Source: Octopus bimaculoides
Lineage: Eukaryota
DNA length: 64,000 nt
Assembly (NCBI RefSeq): GCF_001194135.2
Contig: NC_068982.1
Location: forward strand, 65,707,408 to 65,771,407
Direction: 5' to 3'
Of this stretch, positions 37,878 to 50,970 are shown one piece after another; position 1 is the first letter of the stretch; each line of letters begins with the position of its first letter. Below the pieces are notes generated by a model, which had not been told where the DNA came from, did not search any database, and saw nothing but the letters and a program-made list of their open reading frames with translations. Position numbers and translations under genes: made by a program.

Positions 37878-40871
37878 TAAAAGGTGCTGGTATGTCTGTG
37901 TAGTTAAAAAGCTCACTTTCCAACTATGTGGTTTTGGGTTCAATCCCATTGCACAGCACCTCGGGCAAGTGTTTTCTATTATAGCCCCACCCCAACTTGA
38001 CCAATGCCATGTGAGTGGATTTCATAGACAGAAACTGTGGAAGCCTGTCATGTGTGTTTTTGTGTTTGTCCCCACTACTGCTGGATACCCAGTATTGAGT
38101 TGTTTATGTTCCTGTAACTTAGCAGTTTGGCCAATGTAACTAATAGAATAAGTATCCGACTTCAGAAAAATAAGTATAGGGGTCAATTTGCTTGACTAAA
38201 CCCTTTAAGGTAGTACCCCAGCATGGTCACCGTCCACTGAATGAAACAGATAAAAGCATGTTTCACCTTATCTTCCTTTTTGTTTTTAAGAAAGCCTTTT
38301 GATGATGGAACAGTGTCGGAATATCTATGCTTAACCACTTGGAAGCACATAGTCACAAATCTGCACATCATAGGCAATGAGTGTCTTTATCTTTTACTTG
38401 TTTCAGTCATTTGACTGTGGCCATTCTGGAGCACCATCTTGAAGGGTTTTAGTTGAATAAATCGCCCCTCCCCACCCCCAGTACTAATTTTTTTTTTTGA
38501 AACCTTATTCTATCATCATTTGCTGAACTGCTAAGTTATGGAGATGTAAACACACCAACACCAGTTGACAAGCAGTCGTAGAGGACAAACAGATGTAAAG
38601 ACACATACACATCTATATATATATATACGATGGGCTTCTTTCAGTTTCCATCTACCAGATCCACTCACAAGACTTTGGTCAGCCTGAGGCGATAATAGAA
38701 GACACTTGCCCATGGTGCTATGCAGTGAGACTGAACCTGATCCCATGTGGTTAGGAAGCAAGCTTCTTACCACACAGCCATGCCTGTTCTGGAACTGACT
38801 TATTTGGGTGACGTTTTTTGTGTTTGAGCCGCCCTGTTTATCTAGTTTCCGAGGAAGATGCTAGAGAAAGGTTGTCTGTCTAATTTCAGCTGCTTAATTT
38901 ACTGTGGCAAAGGAAAAAGGTAATAATTCCCACAGGCAACCTTCAACTTTTTCTATCCAAAGGGATTTTCTACCCAATATTTACAAAGTATTATTCATAG
39001 CTCTATCTACTTTGAGCTCCACTGTTAGAAACAGATTATTAATGATTATATTGTTTCCCACCTTCTTCATTCATTAGGTACCAAAGTTTATACCTTCTAG
39101 GTAATATGCTTAGTTCCTGACTATCTTTCCCCACCCTCTCTCTTGCTCTCTCTCACCTAAGCTGTTTCCTTTATTCTAATATCTGTTGGTTAGAAAGAAA
39201 CAAATAGATGGAAGGTGACAATTTGCAGGGATCAGCCAGAAATCTTAACTTTTTTTTTTTAAAAACACATTTACAAATAAATGCTTCTTATTTTACTTCA
39301 ATCAATTTTTTCATTCTCCCTTTTTCTTTTGGGTGTCGGCTCTTTTGCTTTTCACATGAAACATGAAAACAACAGGTAAACTTTGGTAANNNNNNNNNNN
39401 NNNNNNNNNNNNNNNNNNNNNNNNNNNNNNNNNNNNNNNNNNNNNNNNNNNNNNNNNNNNNNNNNNNNNNNNNNNNNNNNNNNNNNNNNNNNNNNNNNNN
39501 NNNNNNNNNNNNNNNNNNNNNNNNNNNNNNNNNNNNNNNNNNNNNNNNNNNNNNNNNNNNNNNNNNNNNNNNNNNNNNNNNNNNNNNNNNNNNNNNNNNN
39601 NNNNNNNNNNNNNNNNNNNNNNNNNNNNNNNNNNNNNNNNNNNNNNNNNNNNNNNNNNNNNNNNNNNNNNNNNNNNNNNNNNNNNNNNNNNNNNNNNNNN
39701 NNNNNNNNNNNNNNNNNNNNTTGTGCGGGTGGCACATAAGACACCATTTCGAGCGTGGCCGTTTTCGTGCAGGTGACATGTAAAAGCACCCACTACACTC
39801 TGAGTGGTTGGTGTTAGGAAGGGCATCCAGCTGTAGAAACTCTGCCAAATTAGATTGGAGCCTGGTGTTGCCATCCGGTTTCACCAGTCCTCAGTCAAAT
39901 CGTCCAACCCATGCTAGCATGGAAGGCGGACGTTAAACGATGATGATGATATATATATATTTTAGTAACAGTTTGATTCAACTCCATATGACTTAAATTT
40001 TCATGGGCATGTAGACTACATCCCATTTCATCATATTCGACCCTTCTAATATCCCATGTGAGGGACACGTCCTACACACCCTTGAAATTTTGTTACACAG
40101 AGCTTAGTCAGACTGCTATTAAAAATATATATAACTGCTGCCAAAAGTGTTGAGTGCCACTTTTGTTGATCCACTCATTCATGTACTAAATATATAATAT
40201 AGATAAACTGGCACAGCCAAGCACTTGGAAAACTTTCACAATTCCTGGGAAAACTTTGGGGACTAAGTATACTCTTTGAGAGCTGAGATGTTTGGATTCA
40301 ATAAAACGAAATATAGTGATTGGCTTCATGATGATAATGTTGTGCTCAGCCATCTGCTAGAAATGAAAGACTTAAGCTTGCAAAGTCAATTGCAAAATCT
40401 GTATGGTTGGGAAGTTTATTTTATGTTCAATCCTATTGCATGTCACCTTGGGCAAACGTTTTTTACTATGGTACCACCAAAGTGTTGTGAGTGGATTTTG
40501 TAGATGGAAACAAAAATAAGTCCATGTGTGTGTGTGTGCATGTCCTTTTCTTGACATCATATGATTGTTATAAATGAGTCATATTATACAAGTAGTGTCA
40601 TTAATTTCTAATATGCTGCAAGAATTTGTCAAGCTATGCTCAGAAACCCGTGAAGATTGGCAGCAGGAAGGGCATGTAGCTGCAGATCTGCCTTAATAAA
40701 CTGTGTCCATCTAATTCATGCAACTATTGAAAAGTGGACCTGAAAATGATGAGGAGGTAACTGTGCAATGAGAGTCGAGGAAAATTCAAAACAAGTGGTA
40801 GTCAGATATCTCCCAGAAATTCAAATTCTGTACAATAGAAGACCTTAAATATGTTTCTTTGTGTGTGTGTG

Positions 40872-40907
<36 letters not shown>

Positions 40908-41930
40908 TATCATCATTTTACATCTGCTATCCTTAGGTTGGACAGTTTGAGAGGGTTGGAGGACCACATCTTGCTCCATTGTGTCAGTTTTTGTATGGTT
41001 TCTACAACTGGATGCTCTTCTTAATGTTAACTCCTTTATAGAGTTTACTGGGTGCAGTTTTGTGATATTAGCACTAACAAGATCACCATGCAATCAGAAA
41101 GTTAAAGAGTATGCAAGGTGTTGAGAGGTTAAAGTATGATAGTCAGGAACAGGTTTGTTGTTGTAGAGGAGATACCCTACATTATCTATGGGTGGGTGAG
41201 AGTATTTGGGGTGGAACATGGTGATGGTGAGTTGTCAGTGTATCCTCAGAAAATATGAAAGCAGAAACCATGGGGATAGAAGTTCAAGAAAAGTGTGTGT
41301 GTGTGTATACTTGTTGAACTTAAACTGGATTGTAGAAAGAAGAGTTAAAGTGAAATATCCAATTTATTTATGTATTATATTTATTCATTCAGTTATAATT
41401 AAATGCCTGCAAATCCAATTATGTAATATGCATTATATAACAGGCATGGCTATATCATTTTTCTCATCCATGTCTATACATTGTTTAATTGTCACATGCA
41501 TGTTGTTGAAACAATTTTAAACTATGGAAGAAAGTAATGCCAGCTACTCCATTCTTTACTTATTTTACACACACACATTAATATATGCAAATAAAGTGTG
41601 TGTGGTGGAAGTCGAGTTAACTTGTGCCTGAGTACAACTACTTCTTGATACATGATAAATTTCTTGGATGTAACCATGGAAATCAGCAAAGAGAGGACAA
41701 TTACTAACCGTTGCCCAGTTCTGAAATTTAGCAAACTTTGTTTAAACTGCCTTTTCTATGTTTCTTAGAGTATTGACTATTAAGGCTGAAACTACTGCCA
41801 TCTATTGAATGTATGTAGTATTATACACTTGACTACGTTACTGCAATTATTCACAGCTATTTAAAACCATATTTCATTGTACTATTAGTGTTTAATATTT
41901 ATTTTTATTGCTGATGCTGTTAACTCTTAG

Positions 41931-42037
41931 GATTACAATATATTTCATTGATCGAGATGGAGACCGTATTGCTGTGACTGCCAGTATTGATGAAACACTT
42001 CTTGATGTGGCTCTGAGGAATGATATTGACCTTGAAG
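41931..42037 (+). CDS. FDX1: Ferredoxin alternative exon 2A (short FDX2/Yah1-type loop)
   Basis: ctcttag|g ITIYFIDRDGDRIAVTASIDETLLDVALRNDIDLE g|gtattt; 107 nt, phases 2/1. Confidence 0.85.
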
Positions 42038-42100
42038 GTATTTATCTATCGATTCAATTTGCAGCAAAAGCTATTTTTCTTCCCCCTTTTTGTGTTTCAG

Positions 42101-42213
42101 GGTAACCATATATTTTGTGACCAGTGATGGCAACAAAATTGCAACAGAGGCCAAAGTAAATAGCACTTTGTTGGACTCTATTATTGACAACGACCTTGAT
42201 TTTGATGGCTTCG
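42101..42213 (+). CDS. FDX1: Ferredoxin alternative exon 2B (FDX1-type DGFG loop)
   Basis: tttttgtgtttcag|g VTIYFVTSDGNKIATEAKVNSTLLDSIIDNDLDFDGF g|gttagt; 113 nt, phases 2/1. Confidence 0.9.
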
Positions 42214-43082
42214 GTTAGTGGTTTTCTATTTCTCTGCAGGAATATTTCATCTTCTCTCTAAATTCTCTCTTCTGTCTCAGTTTAATTTACCAAAATGTAT
42301 TGCTTTATAGACATTTATTCTTTGTAACATAGTGGGATTTGAAAACTGCCATATTCTCTTATGGAGCTGTATTATTGAGTTTATTCTTCTTTTATACGAA
42401 CAATATGGCCAGATGGTTAAGAAATTTGCTTCACAACCATAATATCCCAAGTTCAGTCTCACTGCATAGTATCTTGGGAAAATGTTGTTTTCTGTAACTT
42501 TCAAGTGATCCATGAGTGAAAATGAATAAGCAAAAACTGTATAGAAACTTAACCAGTGGATTGTACCTGTAATTTAAGAAAGCTTTATCTCACTCTGTCA
42601 CCATGATTAAATCTGAAAATTATATATAGGGTACACGTGACTGTGGAATACTCAGCCATTTGCACATTAATTCAGGAGCAGGTAATTCAGTGCTCAAACA
42701 ACTGAATCCTCACTGTCAAATAATGGAGTTCTACCTTCACTATTTCTCTTTGCTTACTTGTGTTGTGTTCAAGTAGGAATAAGTAGAATTCAGTCTTGTC
42801 TAGGACACAGTGCACTGCCAATGGTAAGATATAAATACTTAGTTCTTTAACTGGGAGGTGAATAACTTATTTAATTGGTTATTACAACATCACTAAGGAA
42901 TAATAATATGGGGTTATTCTGGTAAGTGTTTTCAGTGTTTAAATATTGTATAAAAATTCTCCATAAACCTCTTGTAAAAACTCTACATAAGTTTTAGATG
43001 ATTACCATATTTGATGGCATGAAAGACGCATGAACATTAGATATACCCCAATTTCTGCAGGAAAAAAGTTTTCATGCATTAA

Positions 43083-43636
43083 CTCTTTAGCATTCAAGTC
43101 ACTCTGTCAAATGTAATGCTCATTCATCCATAATGTTTGAATTAATTATCCATTATCTTGTAGCTTTGAGATTTCAATAATGTGATTGTTTATTTTTCAA
43201 ATAATATTGTAGTGTAGGTGTGTGAGTGAAGGTATATGGCTTAGTGATTAAGGTATTCAGCTCATGATCATAAAGTTGTGAGTTCGATGACTGGTAGTAC
43301 ACTGTGTCCTTGAGCAAGATACTTTATTTCATGTTGCTTCAGTCCACTAAGCTGGAAAAAAATTGTAGTACCTATATTTCAAAAGGTCTGCCTTGTCACA
43401 TCCTGTCATGCTGAATCTCCCTCAGAATTACATTAATGGTATGTGTGTCTGTGGAGTGCTCAGCCACTTGCACATTAATTTCATGATCAAGTTGTTCCGC
43501 TGATCGGATCCCTTGTTGTCGTAACCAATGGAGTGCCAGTTAGTTTGTAGGTATGTATGAGATCAGATCTATCCAGTTTTAACATAGAACAAATAGGATA
43601 CTTGAGCTGGATATGACCAATTTAAATGCTGAAGGG
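43083..43636. mobile_element. piggyBac-like MITE (TTAA TSD) with nested SINE
   Basis: ttaa|ctctttagcatt ... aatgctgaaggg|ttaa. Confidence 0.6.
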
Positions 43637-44452
43637 TTAAAGCATGTATTATAGGCCCAGCTTCATATATAGGACCTAGAATGATGTTTTGAGACAATGT
43701 TTTTGAAAAAAAGTGTTTTATATGCTATCAAATATGGTAGTTGGCATAAGATTTAGATTAATATACTATTTGATGGCAGTGTTTCACATCTATAAACGAT
43801 ATCATACAAGTAAACAGATTTCAAAAAGCATCATATTCTTTTTCACTTGTGATAATTTAATGTGCAAAGTGGGTTTATATTTCACTGCATATATTCTAAT
43901 ATTTTTTAATAAACCAGAATTTTTTATTAGTGCTGTGATATACAGGACTGATAAATATCATGGTGTGGATAATGTTCAGCACATTTTGACAAATAGCTCT
44001 TTGTAGTTCATTCTAAGCTTGCATGTTCATTCCTGCATGACAGTTTATCTCTTAATGTGTCAACTGTTTTTCTCCAAGGAAATTTAGTTTGAATTGGCAG
44101 AGCTTAAAAAAAGAAAACAATAAGTGCGGGAAAAGCCTGTTAAAATTTATCCAATGGAAAATTATATGCTTAACAAACCTTGAAATAAATACTCCAAACT
44201 CGATTCTAGTCACTACCTCCTGCAAACATGAAAATGTTCACCAATGAGGGAACCTGTAAGTGCTTTCCTAACATGTTAGAGATAACTACTAAAGCTCCAT
44301 CAAATCACTCCCAACCTTCTGAAGAAAAAATAGCACTTGCATACGATAATATAGTTTGTGATGCAATGTCTGATAATGAGTTTATTGTAGCTGCTCAACC
44401 AGAGCTGGCCAGGGGTTAAGAACAACACTAAAACCATAGGTACTGAGACATA

Positions 44453-44588
44453 AACTTACATCTGTTTCCAACTTACATCTGTTTCCAACTTACATCTGTT
44501 TCCAACTTGCATCTGTTTCCAACTTACATCTGTTTCCAACTTACATCTGTTTCCAACTAACATCTGTTTCCAACTCACATCTGTTTCC
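44453..44588 (+). repeat. Minisatellite, 8 x 17 bp (aacttacatctgtttcc)
   Basis: Counted directly; three units carry single substitutions. Confidence 0.95.
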
Positions 44589-47500
44589 AACTAACCAACC
44601 TGACTACACATTCAGTTCCAACTTTGGCACAAAACCTGGTTCTTATGTTTATGTACTGTTCACTATTTCTGTGCAGAAAATTAACCATCATGTTATTCTC
44701 TTTAAAATTCCCATCCCACGATTACCTCTCTCCAACTTTATATTGCTTTCTTAATTCTTTCAATCGTATTTAATCCTTTTCATTATCTTATATCCAATAT
44801 CAGATTCTTTAAGCAATAATCTACAAGTTCCCCTAAATCCCCAATTCCAATTTTCTTCATAAATTAATTCATCAAAATGAAGGAGGCAAACATCCCTGAG
44901 CTTTGTGTGCTCTCATAGACTGGTATTATTGAAATGCAATTTATGTTCTGCTCGAATATCTCTGAGTAGGTGTCTTTTGGGAAAATGTGAATTGGAAGAG
45001 AATTCCAAAAGTTGGCATTCTAGAAAGGAAGGACTGGTTAATGCAGGGTCTTTGAAATGAGACATTTTGAATAAATAAGAGCATGCAAGATGAATGAAAG
45101 TAGTGTGCAGTTTTGTTTAGAGAAGCTGGGGCTTTTGAAATAGAGATTAGTGTGTTGGTGAGTGAATATTTGCCTATCATACAGATGTTTGTGTGTGCTT
45201 TAGAATGTTTGTATAACTGCAACGCCATCCCTGGTGCTGAAGTTATTGGTCTTACTAGATAGTTTTGTAGAGGGTCAGCAGTTGGTTGAAGCTAAAGTAT
45301 TTTCCAAGCCAAAAGTGAAAAGCTGGTCTTCAAGATGCACTTTTAGCAATATTATGGCTGTGGGATCATTAAGAGAGAATACCAGTGATTGTGAGACCTT
45401 GCATTTGTAGGTACTCATCATTAACATCATCATCATTCAATGTCCATGTTCCATGCTGGCATGGTTAGGATAGTTTCACAGGATCTGATGGGTCCAAGGA
45501 CTGGATTGTGCATCACTGCCTACTTCTGCCTGGTTTCTAAAGCTGGATGCCCTTCCTAATACCAACCACTTTACAGTGTGTCCTACTTGTTTCACGCCAA
45601 CAAAATTAATGAAGTCACCACCCACCTTGCAAGACTACAAATCCAGAGGGAGGTGGCTTTATCTTGATGTGGAGCTAAAATATGAGAAGGATCCAGAGTA
45701 GAACAGGACTCCTGCTGTAAAGGGGTCATTAGGCTACTCACACTTTAGAGAAGAATGTATAGGGAAGTTGGGTGGTGCAAGAAATACATAAAAAGTAATG
45801 GTGATGAGGCATCTGGGTAAACCCTCAGAATATGGGATGAGTAGATGTGAGGGCTGAAGAATTGGGGGTATGGGTGGAGGCTGCAAGAGTGAGTGAGAGT
45901 GATGGGAATGGGTGAGGCAGTGAATAAAATGAAGAATAAGTGTTGAGGGGATAAGTAGTGGAGATAGGGAGTAGTAGATGACAACTGTTGATACTGGGTA
46001 GAGTTGAGTGGTGGATAGTTTTAATTGTGTATAGCCCAATACTAGACACGGTGAGGTATGAGATTATTTCTTTATTGTATGCAGTGTTTGGGTCTTTGTG
46101 CTATTGAAAGAGACAAGTGTCATGTAATTGATTTTGAGGTTTCTGTTCCTGAAAGCAGCACAAGTTTGATATGAGGCATCTAGGTTGCATATAGAGGGTA
46201 CTTCTGTACAGAAGGTTATGGATTAGGGAAGAATGAATGTTGAGAAGCAAGACATTACAGGGAGACAAGTGTAGTGGAGGACATAACTAAACTTAAGACA
46301 CACCAGGGTTGATAGTATGGGTCAGTGAGAGGCTAGTCAGCACACAGTGTTGTTATGATCTAACAGGAAGACTAGTCCAGGAGATAAAAGATGGATGAAG
46401 CTCATAAATAGGCAGCTTATCTAGGTAATGCCAGACAAGGTCAAATATTTTGCTGATGTCAAGTACAACGCTGCTTTTGGTGAAGTTCTCAATTGCATGG
46501 AACTGGTATTCTGCAGCATAGGAAACCAGGTCCCTTGTAGATCAGGCTTTATGAAAGCTGTACTAGTGGTCATTGAAGAGGGAGGGAGACTTAAGGTATC
46601 GAAGACAGTGATAGTTAATTATTTTTTTAATGGCTTAATCAGAGGTGGAAGAGCTGCATCCATGATCATTTTTCAGCACCTCCAAAACTAGCAGTAGGAT
46701 GCCATTTACTTGTTGAAGAAAAAAAAAAAAGTATCAGCCATGCCAGCCAACATCTTGAATAGAAGAGATGAATCATTCTCCACCTGCTTATATAGAAGAA
46801 AATATAGTCCTTCATCTTTGAAACATATCTCTTCACCTGATCTATTTGAATTATGAACATGATAGTTAGTTCCCTAAAATAAACAATGACAATATGTAGA
46901 AAGTAATGCCATTTATACATGCATTTTTATCATTATCATCATATGTACATGCACCTAAGTTCATATTCGTATGTACTAATAATACTTTATTGGTGTGTTT
47001 ATGTCCCCATAACTTAGCAGTTCGGCAAAAGAAACCAATAGAATAAGTACTATGCTTACAAAGAATAAGTCCTGGAGTTGATTGCTTTGCCTAAAAACCC
47101 TTTGAGGTGGTGCTCCAGCATGGTCACAGTCAAAATGACAAACAAGTAAAAGAATAAGAGAATATTAGCTTATGGGTGCCCCAACTTGGCATATAGGACC
47201 CAGGGTGAATTGAGACATTTTTCTGGGAAAAAGTGTCTTGTATACCATCAAATATGGTATTGGTGGCTGACATGTAGAATATTCTTTTCTACACTAAGTA
47301 CAAGGCCCGAAATTTTTGGAGAGGGGGGGGGCAGTTGATTAGATCAGTCCCAGTACACAACTGGGACTTAATTTATTGTTCCCGAAAGGATGAAAGGCAA
47401 AGCTGACCTCAGCAGAATTTGAACTAAACGTAAAGACAGATGAAATATCGCTAAGCATTTCATCCATCATGCTAACGTGCTGACATGTAGAAATTAAGAG

Positions 47501-47686
47501 ATATATGGCTTGCCTTTGTGTTCTTTCTGAATTGCAATTTCCTTGTGATATGGCACTTCTCCTTAAATTCTGAAATCATCTTCAAATGCAGCTTTTGTTG
47601 CAGCTTTCAGCATTTAAACTATGGTTGAAAATGTCTAATCTAAATATTTTAAGAGTTCTTTATTTAAGAGATGAAGAATTATGTAC

Positions 47687-47863
47687 ATTATTTACATTTG
47701 ACAGATATTTGTCCTCATCTTGTTTGTTGTTAACACGTTTCGGCTGATATACCCAGGTTTGGAATTTCCCCATGACACCTGATGAAGGCTGGCGGTATAT
47801 CAGCTGAAATGTTGTGTTAACAACAAACAAGATGAGGACAAATATCAGTCAAATGTAAATAAT
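47687..47863. mobile_element. Palindromic Penelope-terminus-like element containing a hammerhead-like core
   Basis: Inverted arms of about 67-70 bp. CTGATGA (47779-85), stem aggctg/cagct and GAAA (47806-09) lie partly in the spacer. Confidence 0.65.
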
Positions 47864-48403
47864 CTAAATATTTTAGTTACCTGAAAGTTGTTTTTTTTTT
47901 ATGCCAGTTTATTGATGAGGTAGTTAATTGCTGTATCTTCAGTTTCATTTTTTTTCTTTTTCCTGATAGCATCAGAAGATATCATTTTCAGCTTAATTGA
48001 ATCTTGTTTTCAAAATCTTTCATGTTATATTTTAACAGAATGCTATATATATATATCATTATAGTGTTGTATAAGATTATTTTAAATTTCATATATGCAT
48101 GGCTGTATGGTAAGATGCTTCTCAGCCACGTGATTCTTGTTTCAGTCCCACTGCGTGGCACCTTGGGCAAGTGTCTGTCTTCTACTATAGCCTTGGGCCA
48201 AACAAAACTTTGTGAGTGGATTTAGTAGATGGAAACTGAAAGAAGCCCATATGTATATATATGTATGTATCTTTGTGTCTGTGTTTGTCCCCACCTCACT
48301 GCTTGTCAAAGGTGTTGCTGTGTTTACATCCCTGTAACTTAGCGGTTCGGTGAAAGGTACTGATAGAATAAGTACTAGTCTTAAAAAAATAAGTCCTGGG
48401 GTC

Positions 48404-48436
<33 letters not shown>

Positions 48437-48506
48437 GGCTAAAAAAACCCTTCAAGGCAGTACTCTAACATGGCTGCAGTCAAATGACTGAAAAAACCGA
48501 AAAGTC

Positions 48507-49900
48507 CTTCCAAGCCTGTTTCTGTTCTAATAGCCCTGTCAACAACATTGTTCCACCACCACGTTATTTTGGGTTGAGGGGGACTTTGCACCATCCACAG
48601 ATCTGGTCAGTGGCCCTCAGCAGGTTGTCCCGTAGAAACCTCCAGTTGTCTTCTACATTGTGTGAAGCTATATCCCCTTCGAGTAATAAGTCTCTAAATC
48701 TCTGTCCATTCGCAGGATCTTTGAGCTTCCAGACCCTTCTCCTCCATGCTGGTTGTCTTCTGGGCAACAACTTAGCTCTGATCCTGAAGTCACTAACTAC
48801 TAGTTTGTGTTGCGGGGTACATTCTTCGCCTGGGAAGGTTTTGGCAGCCATCTTCCCCTTTTCCTGGTGAGGATGTAGTCAATTTGGCTAGTGTGTCTGC
48901 CAGAACGGTAGGTAACTAGGTGACTGGCAGGTTTCCTGAACTTAGTATTGCAAACCATAAGTTCATTTGCATCACAGAACTCCAGCAGCCTGGCTCCCTC
49001 CTCATTGCGGGAACCAAAATCATAGCCTCCATGTACGCTATGGAAGCCCCCTGAATGTTGTCGAACATGTCCATTGAAGTCACCAGCCACAAAGAGAAGG
49101 TCCCTGTCATTCGTCGACAAGGTCGTCTGCAAGAGGGTGTCATAAAATCAGTCTCTCTGTCCATTGGGTAGCACAGGCTGAGGGGCATAGGCCGAGATAA
49201 TGGTTGCTAACCCATGGTGAAGGACTAATCTAATCTTAAGTATTCTATCGCATACTCTGGCTACCTCAATTACCTGATCCACCCATTTCTCCGCAAGAAG
49301 TATACCCACGCCCCCAACCTTGTCTGTGTTCCCTGCCCAGAAAATCTTGTACCTGTGTTCTTTGCCTGTGAGGAACCTAGTGGAACCTCCTTTCCACCTT
49401 ACTTCTTGGAGGCAGCAGATATTGACACATCTCCTTTCAAGCGTCTCAACAATCTCACCAGACCTACCTTTCAGTGTGCTGACGTTGAGAGTGCCAACCC
49501 TGAGGGTGTGGGAGGTATGGGCCCGTGAGACCCTGGGGCGGGGAACAGCAGCATCATGTACCTGAAAAGAAAGCTCACATTTTGCAGAATTCATAAACAA
49601 TCAGTAGCCCTCATGTCAACCTCCATCCACTACACTATCATATTTTGCACTATATGATCACTACCTACATAGGAGGAGATAAACCCTAAGTAGGGGTGGC
49701 GTGAAGCCTTTAGAAGTGTTCATGGGAGACGGCCAGGAACTTCCGTTACTGATGGAGAGGATAGGAACTTCCAGTACTGGTGGAGGGCGTGGGAGGGCGT
49801 ATGCACCACTGGCATAGTGCTGCAAAGGTATTAAGGTCAAGTGGGGGAATTGGGGTGCATGCGCTAGTTTATAGTCCTGCCGAAGCAAGAGGTAATCGAA
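48507..49900 (-). mobile_element. RTE-clade LINE 5' part (AP endonuclease), frameshifted, abutting the tail of a SINE
   Basis: LRVGTLNVSTLKG...CCLQEVRWKGG; VAGDFNGHV; SQIDYILTR; QHKLVV. Confidence 0.9.
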
Positions 49901-50843
49901 AGAGGGAGAAGGAGAGAGAGAGGGTTAGGGTTAGTGATCAGAATATGAGGGATAGAGAGAGAGAGAGAGAGAGAGATTCTTATGGGATTTCTGTCACATA
50001 ATTTAAAGAAACAGTAAATATTGAATGATAGTAATATAGAATAGAAAAATAAGAGTTTTTGGTCAGCTAATCTAAGACAGGATTATAAAGATAAGTGACT
50101 GTGTGATAAAAGTTAAAATTGAATAATTTGAATAACTGAACGAATTTGACGACATAGTAATGGACAACAGAAATGAATTTGACGACATGGTAATGAAACA
50201 AACAGAATAGTGAAAGCACTAAGTAAGGTGTTATGAATCAGCACATATCTTTACATTAGTGTTGTATAAGATTATTTGAGTATTATTTTTCATTATCTTT
50301 CTTAACAATGCTAACTTAAGAGTAGCATATGGAATCAACATTGCAAACATGCAGATATAAGATGTCCACCATGTTGGCTCCATTTGAATATCACTGTTTG
50401 ATCAACACTGATGCTATGACATACAATCCTAATATTTATACCTACGAACTTATTTTCCTTTTGAAAATAATTTAGTGTTTGCTGAAAAACCTTAGGTGTC
50501 TTTACTTAACAGTTGATCAACTTCAGTTTAGCTACATTACTATGTCGTCTTACATACACACCATTTTGTTGGTGAGCTCCCTTGCTCTGCTGTTCTTGTA
50601 TAGCACCAATGTAGGGGATTGGAAAATATTTGAACCAATATTCTATTTTCTGTGACTATTCTATTTTCTTTGGGATATGTTACCTTAAAGACATGTGATT
50701 TCATTCTTAGACATTGCTTTATATTAGAGTATGTGTAGTCATCTTCTGCTAACTCTGGAGTACTCTTCCAGCTTTTGTCTTTGTTTGTTTTTTTTGCACA
50801 TATATCAGTGAAATTTCTCATGTACTTTTGCTGTCTTTGTTAG

Positions 50844-50970
50844 GAGCTTGTGAAGGTACTATGGCCTGTTCCACTTGTCACGTAATATTACCCAAACACA
50901 TATACAATGCTGAATTACCATCGGATGAAGAACAAGATTTATTAGATATGGCCTATGGATTAACAGATAC
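50844..50970 (+). CDS. FDX1: Ferredoxin coding exon 3 (three [2Fe-2S] Cys ligands and the acidic helix)
   Basis: tttgttag|ga [41 protein letters not shown] ac|gtaagt; compare human FDX1 GACEGTLACSTCHLIF...DEENDMLDLAYGLTD. Confidence 0.95.

Noticed and set aside
42222-42330. Strong acceptor (ttctctgcag) right after exon 2B as a third alternative exon
   Set aside because: The downstream sequence has no ferredoxin similarity and no matching donor.
44453-44588. CRISPR-like array
   Set aside because: Contiguous tandem units without spacers in eukaryotic DNA; no CRISPR, rRNA or bona fide tRNA genes were seen (tRNA-like heads belong to SINEs).
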